NCBI GenBank assembly: GCA_046598045.1
Contig: JBKJJJ010000081.1
Span: 1 to 49,238, forward strand
Length of the DNA stretch: 49,238 nucleotides
Reading direction: 5' to 3'
From: Candidatus Eiseniibacteriota bacterium
Lineage (GTDB): Bacteria; Eisenbacteria; RBG-16-71-46; DASYSL01
In this document: piece after piece, positions 1-8,122 of the stretch
Position numbering within the stretch: position 1 is the stretch's first letter
Layout of the letters: the number at the start of each line of letters is the position of its first letter
Translations under genes and position numbers: made by a program
The notes under the pieces: generated by a model
Seen by the model: only the letters and a program-made list of their open reading frames with translations
The model's database searches: none
Told to the model about the DNA's origin: nothing

Positions 1-2
1 AG

Positions 3-245
3 GGCGGCGTGCAGTTCCCGGGCGCGCTGCCGGGCGGTCTCAAGGTGAGCGACCCGCCCGCGCGCGTGCTGGCGCTGTTCGGCGAGCCCGACCGCACGCA
101 GGAGATCGCGCTGCCAAGGCCGCCGCACGCGAAGCTCGTGCTCTCGTTCTACACGCTGACCGCGCCCGCGACCGTCACGTTCGCCCACCGCACGCAGGAT
201 CCGACGCGGCTCGAGCGCATCGTGCTCTCCCGCCGCCCCGCGTGA
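3..245 (+). CDS. Hypothetical protein, 3' part only (begins upstream of window)
   Basis: Frame is open from the window edge to TGA at 243-245, has GC3-rich codons, and the next gene starts 7 bp later. Confidence 0.6.
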   Translation, partial: GGVQFPGALPGGLKVSDPPARVLALFGEPDRTQEIALPRPPHAKLVLSFYTLTAPATVTFAHRTQDPTRLERIVLSRRPA

Positions 246-252
246 GGGCGCG

Positions 253-705
253 TTGAAGGCGCGCAGGCTGCTGGTCCTCGCCCTCGCGCTGTCCGGGCTC
301 GGCGACGCGGCGGCCGGCCTGCTCTCGGCGCTCGACTGGCGCCGCGCGGCCGCGCTCATGGCGCGCGCGATCCCCGACTGGAAGGAGCAGGAGCGCGCGC
401 TGCGCATGGCGTTCGCCGACGACGCGCTCCACCAGTTGTGGGCGAACCTCGGCACGGCGCTGCTCGCACTCGGGCTGACGCAACTGGTCGCGGCGTACTG
501 GGTGTCGCGCGGACGCACCGCGGGCTACGACCTGGCGCGGCTGGTGGGCTGGGCGTTGCTGCTGGCGGGGGGGATCATGGCGGTCAGCGCGGGACAACTG
601 TCCTCGCTCGCGACCGAGGCGACGCGCGGCATCGTGATTCTCGCGCTCGCCACGTGGGCGCGCACCGCCCACGAGGCGGAGGCGCCCTCGACTTCCGGAA
701 GCTGA
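253..705 (+). CDS. Hypothetical integral membrane protein (about 4 TM helices)
   Basis: 150-aa ORF with four hydrophobic segments, TTG start after 'gaggg', host-like codon usage. Confidence 0.7.
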   Translation: MKARRLLVLALALSGLGDAAAGLLSALDWRRAAALMARAIPDWKEQERALRMAFADDALHQLWANLGTALLALGLTQLVAAYWVSRGRTAGYDLARLVGWALLLAGGIMAVSAGQLSSLATEATRGIVILALATWARTAHEAEAPSTSGS

Positions 706-709
706 AAAG

Positions 710-814
710 CTAGCGGCGCTTCGCGGCTTTCTTCTGGGCGCGCGCCTTGTCCTTGATCTTGGTCTGCTTGAGCTTGGCCTTCTTGCGGCGCAGACGGGCT
801 TTGTACGCGGTCAT
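710..814 (-). CDS. 34-aa Lys/Arg-rich microprotein (MTAYKARLRRKKAKLKQTKIKDKARAQKKAAKRR)
   Basis: ATG at 814-812 preceded by the Shine-Dalgarno-like AAGGGAG, TAG at 712-710. Mostly AAG/CGC/GCC codons. Fills an otherwise empty gap between genes. Confidence 0.7.
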   Translation of the reverse strand: MTAYKARLRRKKAKLKQTKIKDKARAQKKAAKRR

Positions 815-946
815 CGGGGCTCCCTTGCTGGCGTCAAAACGACGCGCCGCCCGGTCGGACGGCGCGCACCACCGCATCGTATCGGTCCGCCCCGCGCGCG
901 CCAAGCCCGAATTGACCGCGGCCTGCCTGCGGGGGATACTCGCCGG

Positions 947-3073
947 GTGATTCGCCCCTCGCGCCCTGTATTGCCCACGCTGGTCTCCCTCGCCTTCGCG
1001 GCGCTCGCGCTCCTTGCCACGGGCCTCGGTCCGGGGGGGCTTCGCGCTGCCCGGGCACAGACCCAAATGGGTGTACCCCGCCCGAATCCGGACGAATTGG
1101 ACACCCTCAAGCAGAGGGCCGAGGCCGACCCGAACAACCCCCGCGCCTGGGGCGACTACGGGCGCGCCCTGATCGCCCGCGACGGGCTCGAGGACCGGAT
1201 CCGCGCGAGCAAGGTGCTCAAGCGGGCAGTCGCGCTCGCGCCCGATGACGTCGACCTCCGGCTGGCGCTGGCGGACCTCTACTATCGCCAGTCCTACTTC
1301 ACGCTCTCGCGCCGACAACTCCAGGCCGCGCTCCGGTCCAATCACGACTCGGGCCCGGCTTACGTGCGCCTCGGCCGGCTCGCGATGCGCGACTGGCGCA
1401 AGTTCCAGCGCAGGGGATCGCTCGAGTCGGCGCGCCGCTTCTGGCAGGACGCGGCGCGGCGTGGGCCGGGCGAGCCCGAACCGTGGCTCGGCCTGGGCGT
1501 GCTCGCGCTCCTCGACAACGACGCGCGCGGCGCACTCGCGGCCGGGCGGCAGGTGCTCGCCTCGGGCCGCGCGCTTCCGCGGCAGACCGAGGGCGAGGCG
1601 CTGCTGCTCGTGGGCGCGGGTGCCTACGGTCTCGGGCTGCCGGCGATCGCGGACTCGGCGTACGAAGTGGCGCTCCTGCGCCTGCCGGCGCCGGCGCGCG
1701 AGCGGCTGACCGACATCACGCCGGCGGCGAGCGATGCGGACACCGCCTCGTACCATGCGATCACGGACTCGGGCACCCGCGCGAAGTTCCTCGCGACGTT
1801 CTGGAGGAGCCGCGACCCCGACCTGACCACGCCGTTCAACGAGGTGCGGCTCGAGTTCCTGAGCCGCGGGACGATGGCGTACTTCCTCTACTTCGACGCG
1901 CGGCGGCGCACCTGGGACGAGCGCGGGTGGTACCTCGTGCGCTATGGCATGCCGGACTCGGTCGATTACAATCCGCCCGTGATCCCGGACGATGTTGCCG
2001 GGGGGGATCCCTCGGCCATGAACCACCTGCTCTGGTACTACCCCAGGCTCGGGTTCACGGTCCATCTCGAGGACCGCTACCTGAACGAGTTCTACGACGT
2101 GCCGATCTCGATGACCCAGGAAGTCGACTTCGTGCCCGATCCCGAGGACCTGAAAGCGCGCGAGCAGGACGGCTCGGCCATCCCCGCCGGCCGCGGCGTG
2201 TTTCGCACCGTGATGCCCGGACAGGCGCGGCTCGTCGGCGCCGCGCGCGTCGGGCTGTTCCGCCGCGTCGAGGGTTTCGATCCGCGTGCCTCCGTCGCGC
2301 CTGCGAGCGCGGCCTCCGCGCCGGGTCGGGGGGCGCCCGGCGGCACCGCGCCCGCGGCGCGCGTCGAGGGCTGGCTGGCCGTGATCGGCCGCGACGCGCC
2401 GCGCGACCTGTTCGGCGAGGCGGTCGTCTACAAGGACTCGACGTTCGAGGAAGTCGCGCGCGTCTCGACCGCGATTCCCGCGGTCTGCATGAGCGACACG
2501 GTCGGGCTCCTGCAGTTCAACTTCGACCTGCCGCCGGGGCGCTACGTGGTCGGCATGGCCGCGCGCGACACCGTGCGGGGGGCCGCCGGCAGCTGGCGCG
2601 TTCCGGTGACCGTCGTGCCCTCGCAATCGGGCAAGCTCGAGATCTCCGACCTCGAACTCGCCTGCGGCCAGGAGGCGGGCCGGCGCAACACGCCGTTCGC
2701 GAAGACCAACTACTCGGTCTACCCGAACCCGCTCGCGCGCGCGCCCCGCGACCAGCCGTTCGGCTTCTACTTCGAGGTCTACAACCTGGTGAGCGACGAG
2801 GCGGGCCGGGGGCAGCTTTCGATCGAGTACCAGATCCAGTCGACGAGGAAAGACCGCCGCCCGTTCTTTCTCAAGGTCGTCAACCCGCGCAAGAACGATC
2901 CGGTCGTCAGCGTCGCGAACGTCGACGAAGTGCCCGGTCGCGCACGCTTCCAGTACGTGAGCGCGAACCTGTCCGAGCAGGCGCCGGGCCCGTATCGCAT
3001 CGACGTCACGGTGACGGACTTGACGAGCTCGGTGGTGGTCAAGAAGTCGCTGGCATTCGACCTCGTAGAGTAG
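947..3073 (+). CDS. Exported TPR + GWxTD-type domain protein with C-terminal beta-sandwich
   Basis: Signal peptide, N-terminal TPR-like helices, and 'FWRSRDPDLTTPFNE..EF..R...WDERGWYLVRYGMPD' matching the GWxTD domain pattern. Confidence 0.75.
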   Translation: MIRPSRPVLPTLVSLAFAALALLATGLGPGGLRAARAQTQMGVPRPNPDELDTLKQRAEADPNNPRAWGDYGRALIARDGLEDRIRASKVLKRAVALAPDDVDLRLALADLYYRQSYFTLSRRQLQAALRSNHDSGPAYVRLGRLAMRDWRKFQRRGSLESARRFWQDAARRGPGEPEPWLGLGVLALLDNDARGALAAGRQVLASGRALPRQTEGEALLLVGAGAYGLGLPAIADSAYEVALLRLPAPARERLTDITPAASDADTASYHAITDSGTRAKFLATFWRSRDPDLTTPFNEVRLEFLSRGTMAYFLYFDARRRTWDERGWYLVRYGMPDSVDYNPPVIPDDVAGGDPSAMNHLLWYYPRLGFTVHLEDRYLNEFYDVPISMTQEVDFVPDPEDLKAREQDGSAIPAGRGVFRTVMPGQARLVGAARVGLFRRVEGFDPRASVAPASAASAPGRGAPGGTAPAARVEGWLAVIGRDAPRDLFGEAVVYKDSTFEEVARVSTAIPAVCMSDTVGLLQFNFDLPPGRYVVGMAARDTVRGAAGSWRVPVTVVPSQSGKLEISDLELACGQEAGRRNTPFAKTNYSVYPNPLARAPRDQPFGFYFEVYNLVSDEAGRGQLSIEYQIQSTRKDRRPFFLKVVNPRKNDPVVSVANVDEVPGRARFQYVSANLSEQAPGPYRIDVTVTDLTSSVVVKKSLAFDLVE

Positions 3074-3079
3074 TATAGT
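3051..3079 (+). promoter_or_regulatory. Possible sigma70 promoter of the J-domain gene
   Basis: TGGCAT(3051-56)-N17-TATAGT(3074-79), about 45 bp before ATG 3124. Confidence 0.4.
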
Positions 3080-3123
3080 TCCGCGTCCACCGTCCGAGGT
3101 GCAGTCGCATTTGGAGCAAAGAG

Positions 3124-4248
3124 ATGAAGCAAGTTCGAACCTTCTACGACATCCTTGAAGTGGCGCGCAATGCAAGTAATGCTGAGATTAAGCGCGCATA
3201 TCGTAAGCGAGCTCTTGAACTTCATCCTGACCAGGACCAGACCCCGGGAGCCGGGGAACGATTCAAGAAGCTGCAGCAAGCGTATGAGACTCTCCGCGAT
3301 CCCACTGAGAGGGCTTCCTACGACCTCCGTGTGGTCCGAGCAGAGTCTGTCGCGGCCGGGTCTACCCCCTCGGACTCCGGTGATGCGCCAGTCCTAGAGA
3401 TCATCCGTTGCCAATCCTGCGGCCGGATTGACGCCACCCTTCGGGGAGCGGCCTTCATGTATGCGATGAGTTTTCTACTTGTCACGCTTCGGCGAGGCAA
3501 AGGCGGGATCTACTGTTCGTCCTGTCGTGATCACATCGCACTTCAGCTCAATGCCGTAACGGCGCTTCTAGGATGGTGGGGCTTTCCTTGGGGGCCTATA
3601 TACACCATTCAGTGCTGGTGGACCAATCTCACAGGTGGACGTCAAGAGGTCGAGTTTAACGCTGTGCTGCTCGCCTCACTGGCAGTCCAAACTGCAAACG
3701 ACGGCAGGCTGGCCCTCGCGATTGAAGCCGCACGTCAAAGTCTCGCTTTGGATGACAACGCCGATGTTCGGCAACTTTTAGAAGAGCTTGAGAATCATGC
3801 CCGGAGGAGCGGTGAAGCGTACGACAAGCGTCAGACTAGTAACCGACCGACACCAAGTCGAATCATTGGGGCGATAACAGTCCCCGCAGCGGTTGTGTTG
3901 ATGACCCTCTTGTTCTCCGCGAGCGAAAAGGGGGCTGTCTCAGATCCAGCCTCACGTCCGGGAATCGGTGCGGGGATGGGAAGTGAATCGAGAGACGATG
4001 CGATCGTCAAGGAAGTGCTTCAACTCCGACGACGGAACTTGGAGGCCCGCACTGATACGTTGGCGTCGATGCAGGCCGAGTTACATCGGCTGGAGGGGCT
4101 CGCATCCGGCGATGTTACTCCGCAAGCTGTGGAGCGTCATCGGTCGCTCGCGGACTCCTTCAACTCCAGAGTAGACGGTTACAATGCCGACCTCGCTGCG
4201 TACAACCGAGACGTTGAGGTGTTTTTGAAACGTCACGCGACGCATTAG
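3124..4248 (+). CDS. J-domain (DnaJ class C) membrane protein
   Basis: N-terminal 'FYDILEV..NAS..EIKRAYRKRALELHPD' J domain with intact HPD; CQSC/CSSC pairs, hydrophobic GWWGFPWGPIYT segment, second TM and coiled-coil tail; visibly lower GC3 than neighbours. Confidence 0.85.
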   Translation: MKQVRTFYDILEVARNASNAEIKRAYRKRALELHPDQDQTPGAGERFKKLQQAYETLRDPTERASYDLRVVRAESVAAGSTPSDSGDAPVLEIIRCQSCGRIDATLRGAAFMYAMSFLLVTLRRGKGGIYCSSCRDHIALQLNAVTALLGWWGFPWGPIYTIQCWWTNLTGGRQEVEFNAVLLASLAVQTANDGRLALAIEAARQSLALDDNADVRQLLEELENHARRSGEAYDKRQTSNRPTPSRIIGAITVPAAVVLMTLLFSASEKGAVSDPASRPGIGAGMGSESRDDAIVKEVLQLRRRNLEARTDTLASMQAELHRLEGLASGDVTPQAVERHRSLADSFNSRVDGYNADLAAYNRDVEVFLKRHATH

Positions 4249-4255
4249 CAGTTGC

Positions 4256-5089
4256 CTAGCGTTCCAGCCGCTCGATCTCCCTCAAAACTGCGAGCAGCTC
4301 CCCCTGCAGCGCCCCGTTCGATCCCGCGACCTCGAACCCGTCCTTCGGCATCGGCCCGCCCGCGAAGTCGGTGACCACGCCGCCCGCCTCCTCGACCAGC
4401 AAGGCTGCCGCCGCGACGTCCCAGGCATGCAGCTTGACCTCCCAGAACAGGTCGAATCTTCCGCACGCGAGGTACGCGAGGTTGAGCGCCGCCGAGCCGT
4501 CGCGGCGGATGCCCTGGACGCGCGAGAGGAACGGGGAGAAGAAGCGCAGCGTCTCCTCGGGCTTCTCGTGCACGTCGTAGGCGAAGCCGGTGGCCGCCAG
4601 CGCGCGCCCCATGCGCGCCTCGCGCGAGACCGTCATCGGCACGCCGTTGAGCCACGCGCCGGCACCCCGCAGCGCGCTGAAACACTCGTCGCGCAGCGGG
4701 TCGTAGACCACGCCGAGAGCCCGTTCGCCGAGAAATTCCAGCGCGATCGAGACGGCGAAGAATGGATAGGCGTGGGCAAAATTCGTGGTGCCGTCGAGCG
4801 GGTCGACGATCCATCGAAAATCGGGCGCCGGCCCGTCCGCGGCAGCCGAAGCGCCCGACTCCTCACCCAGCCAGGCGTGCCCCGGGAAACGCCGCGCCAG
4901 CTCGGTGCGCACGAAGGCCTCGCTGCGGCGGTCGTACTCGGTGACGAGGTCGATGCCGCCCTTGTAGTCGATCGTCCCCGGGCGGCCGTAGCCCTCGCGC
5001 AGGATCCGGCCCGCGCCGCGCGCGACCATGATCGCCTGCTCGAGCCAGTCGGGGGGAACGAGGGAGCGATCGGGAGAGCGGTTGCTCAC
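4256..5089 (-). CDS. suhB: Inositol monophosphatase family protein
   Basis: Motifs DLVTEYD, GEE, WIVDPLDGTTNF, GSAALNLAYLACG, WDVAA. The GTG start at 5089 overlaps the upstream TGA (GTGA). Confidence 0.9.
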   Translation of the reverse strand: MSNRSPDRSLVPPDWLEQAIMVARGAGRILREGYGRPGTIDYKGGIDLVTEYDRRSEAFVRTELARRFPGHAWLGEESGASAAADGPAPDFRWIVDPLDGTTNFAHAYPFFAVSIALEFLGERALGVVYDPLRDECFSALRGAGAWLNGVPMTVSREARMGRALAATGFAYDVHEKPEETLRFFSPFLSRVQGIRRDGSAALNLAYLACGRFDLFWEVKLHAWDVAAAALLVEEAGGVVTDFAGGPMPKDGFEVAGSNGALQGELLAVLREIERLER

Positions 5090-8034
5090 CCGAACGCCCC
5101 GCGCGCCTTCGCCGGGCAGATCGCGTTGTAGGCGCAGTAGCCGCACTCCTTGTAGCCGGGTGTCGCCGTGAACTCCCGCGCCCGGATGCCGGTCGCCGCT
5201 CGGAGGATCGAGTCGCGCGCGCCGGCGATCGTCTGCTCGGTCACGTCCGCCCGGCCGACGACGCCCGACTCGATGAAGTGCAGCTCGACCGCGGCGGGGC
5301 GGCGGTGGTCCTCGCTGGTCTCCTCGTAGGCGAGCGCGTAGACCGCGAGCTGGAGGCTGCCGGCGGCGCGCGTGACCGCCTTGTCGGCGTCGGCCATGTC
5401 GCTCGACTTGAAGTCGACGATCACCGGACCCTCCGGGCGCACGTCCACGCGGTCGAAGCGGCCGCGCACGACGTTCGCACCGAGCGCGAAGCGGAATGCG
5501 CCCTCGATGATCGCGGGCTTCGACGGGTGCAATCGCTCGCGCTCGTACCACGCGCGGATCGCGGCCTGTCCTTGAGCGAGACGCTGGCGCTCGTGTTCGC
5601 GCGTGATGAAGCCTTCGCCCGTCCACGACTCCTCGAACACCTGGACGAGGCGGTCCGCGTCGACCGGCCAGCCCTCGCGCGCATGGACGTAATAGTCCCG
5701 AATCGCGTTGTGGAGCGCGAGGCCGTAGCCGACCGAGTGGTGCGGCAGCAGCGGCACCTTGAGCAGGTGTGCGTACTTGTACTTGAGGGGGCAGGTCAGC
5801 CAGTCGTCGACCTGGCGGTTGGACAGCTCGAGCGTCTCGTCAAAGGCCATGGGCAGGAGCGGCAGCGCCATCGGCTCGGGCACGGCCATGTGGCGGTGGA
5901 GGTGATCGGCCGCGCTCGCGCGCGTCACCGGGACCTCGACCTGCGCGCGGTCGAGCGCCTCGAGCACGAACGGCGACGCCTTCCACTGGCGGACGCCGCC
6001 GTGGTCGACCGCCCAGGTCAGGCACAGCGCCTCGCGCGCGCGGGTCATGCCGACGTAGAACAGGCGCCGTTCCTCGGCGCGGTGCACGTTGCCGCCCGGC
6101 AGCGCCTGGCGGATCAGCGCCTCGGGGAAGGGCAGGGGGTCGGGCTTCGCGATGCCCGGAAAGTGGTTCGCCTCGAGCCCGACGAGGAAGACCACCGGGA
6201 ACTCGAGCCCCTTCGCGCGGTGCACCGTCAGCACGTGCACCGCGTCCTCGTCGCCGTCGGGCTCGGCGGCGCGCGGGTCATCGCCGGCCTGGCGCAGGAC
6301 CGCGAGGTGGCGCACGAATTCGATCGGGCGGTCGCGCACCGCGAGCCGTCCGAACCCGCGCGCGATGTCGAACAGCCGCGCGAGGTTCTGCACCTGCGCG
6401 TCGGCGAGCGCGCTGCCCTCGGCGCCCGCGCGCGTCAGGCGCTCGAGGTAGCCGCTCTGCGCGAGGTAGCGATAGAGCGTCTCGCCGGTCGAATGCCGGA
6501 GCGCGAACGGACGCAGCTCGGTGAGGTCCGCGGCGAGCCGCTCGAGCGCCGCGCGCGTCGCCGGATCGGGCACGGCGCCCAGCGCGAGCGCGTCGAGGGT
6601 CGTGGCCCACAGGCCGCGGTTGCGCCGCTCGGCGCCGCGCCTCAGCTCGGCGAGGCCGAGCGCGGGCACGTCGTAGATCTCCGAGGCGGCGAGGAAGTAG
6701 AGCGCGCGGTCGTCGGTCGGGTCGGCGATCGCGGCCAGCGCGTCGAGGCAGGCCAGGACCTCGGGGCGGTCGTACAGCCCGCCGCCCGCGGCCACGCGGC
6801 ACGGCACGCCGCGCAGGTTGAGCGCGCGCGCGATCGGGTCGCTCGCGGCGTGGCGACGCACGAGCACGGCGAAATCGCCGTAGCGCCGTTGCCCGGACTC
6901 GACGAGCAGGGCAATGCGCTCGGCCACGAAGTCGGCCTCGGTCGACGGCGAGTCGAACCCGCGCGCCTCGACGGGCGGGCCCTCGGGCACGGGACCGGAC
7001 GCGCGCAGACGCTTGTCGACGTTGGCCTGGACCTCGAGCCGCGCGGGGTTGTTGTGCTGGATCAGGCGGTACGAAGCGTCGAGGATCGCCTGGGTCGAGC
7101 GGTAATTCTCGACCAGCACGTGGGTCGCACACTCGGGGAACGCGGCCTGGAACTCGAGGATGTTCGAGATCGAGGCGCCGCGGAACTTGTAGATGCTCTG
7201 GTCGTCGTCGCCGACCACGGTGAGGTTCGGCCGCGCGCCGCCGAGCGCCTTGACCAGCTCGAACTGCGCGAAGTTCGTGTCCTGGAACTCGTCGACCAGA
7301 ATCCAGCGGTAGCGGCGGCGCAGTTCCGCCGCCAGCGCCGGCTGCTCGCGCAGCAAGCGCAGCGAGAGCGACAACAGGCCGGCGAAGTCGACGAGGCCCG
7401 CGCTCGCCAGCAGCTCGTTGTACGCGCGGTAGCACGCTGCCAGCTCGCCGAACAGCTCCGCGCGATCGCGCCGCGCCGCGTCGCCGGCCCCGTGCGCGGC
7501 CGCGCGCTCGGCGTCGGCGTGGGCCGCGTAGGCGGCGGGAGCGATGTCCTCGTCGGCGAGCCGGCCGAAGTGGCGCACCAGTTGCTCGAGGTGCTTCGTC
7601 GGGTCGCCGGCGGGACGCAGGCGCTCGAGCGGCAGCGCGAACAGGTGCTCGCGCAGGAACACCACGGTCTCGGGCTGGGTCAGGACGCGCGGCTCGGCGG
7701 GCAGACCGAGCAGCATCCCGAACTCGGTCAGGAGCCGGCGTCCGAACGCGTGGAACGTCGAGAGCGTGGTCTCGGTGTAGCCGAACGGGACCAGGCGATC
7801 GACTCGCTCCTCCATCTCCTGCGCGGCCTTGTCGGTGAAGGTGAGCGCGAGGATCTCCGCGGGCTCGGCCTTGCGGGTCGCGATCAGCCACGCGATGCGG
7901 CGCGCGAGCACGCGGGTCTTGCCGGTGCCCGCGCCCGCGAGCACGAGCAGCGGGCCCTCGCCGTGGGTGACCGCGGCGCTCTGGGCGGAGTTCAGATCGT
8001 CGAGCAGGTCGATCGCGGGGAGGGTCGTCGTCAC
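5086..8034 (-). CDS. UvrD/PcrA-family SF1 helicase fused to a C-terminal PD-(D/E)XK (RecB-like) nuclease, AdnA/AdnB-like
   Basis: AGAGTGKT, LTFTDKAA, VDEFQD, GDDDQSIYKFRGA, NYRS, TVHRAKGLEF, EERRLFYVGMTRA; C-terminal RGRFDRVD...IVDFKS...QL..Y and four Cys (CP...CGYC...C). Confidence 0.9.
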   Translation of the reverse strand: MTTTLPAIDLLDDLNSAQSAAVTHGEGPLLVLAGAGTGKTRVLARRIAWLIATRKAEPAEILALTFTDKAAQEMEERVDRLVPFGYTETTLSTFHAFGRRLLTEFGMLLGLPAEPRVLTQPETVVFLREHLFALPLERLRPAGDPTKHLEQLVRHFGRLADEDIAPAAYAAHADAERAAAHGAGDAARRDRAELFGELAACYRAYNELLASAGLVDFAGLLSLSLRLLREQPALAAELRRRYRWILVDEFQDTNFAQFELVKALGGARPNLTVVGDDDQSIYKFRGASISNILEFQAAFPECATHVLVENYRSTQAILDASYRLIQHNNPARLEVQANVDKRLRASGPVPEGPPVEARGFDSPSTEADFVAERIALLVESGQRRYGDFAVLVRRHAASDPIARALNLRGVPCRVAAGGGLYDRPEVLACLDALAAIADPTDDRALYFLAASEIYDVPALGLAELRRGAERRNRGLWATTLDALALGAVPDPATRAALERLAADLTELRPFALRHSTGETLYRYLAQSGYLERLTRAGAEGSALADAQVQNLARLFDIARGFGRLAVRDRPIEFVRHLAVLRQAGDDPRAAEPDGDEDAVHVLTVHRAKGLEFPVVFLVGLEANHFPGIAKPDPLPFPEALIRQALPGGNVHRAEERRLFYVGMTRAREALCLTWAVDHGGVRQWKASPFVLEALDRAQVEVPVTRASAADHLHRHMAVPEPMALPLLPMAFDETLELSNRQVDDWLTCPLKYKYAHLLKVPLLPHHSVGYGLALHNAIRDYYVHAREGWPVDADRLVQVFEESWTGEGFITREHERQRLAQGQAAIRAWYERERLHPSKPAIIEGAFRFALGANVVRGRFDRVDVRPEGPVIVDFKSSDMADADKAVTRAAGSLQLAVYALAYEETSEDHRRPAAVELHFIESGVVGRADVTEQTIAGARDSILRAATGIRAREFTATPGYKECGYCAYNAICPAKARGAFG

Positions 8035-8122
8035 CCCGCGAACCTAGCAAAGCGGAGGGACGGGCACCACCCGCGGGCAACGCGGACTTGCCGACGTCCC
8101 GGGCCGGCCCTAGATTGGCGGC

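Noticed and set aside
3074..4255. J-domain gene as an integron cassette
   Set aside because: No convincing attC (RYYYAAC...GTTRRRY) structure flanks it and there is no intI.
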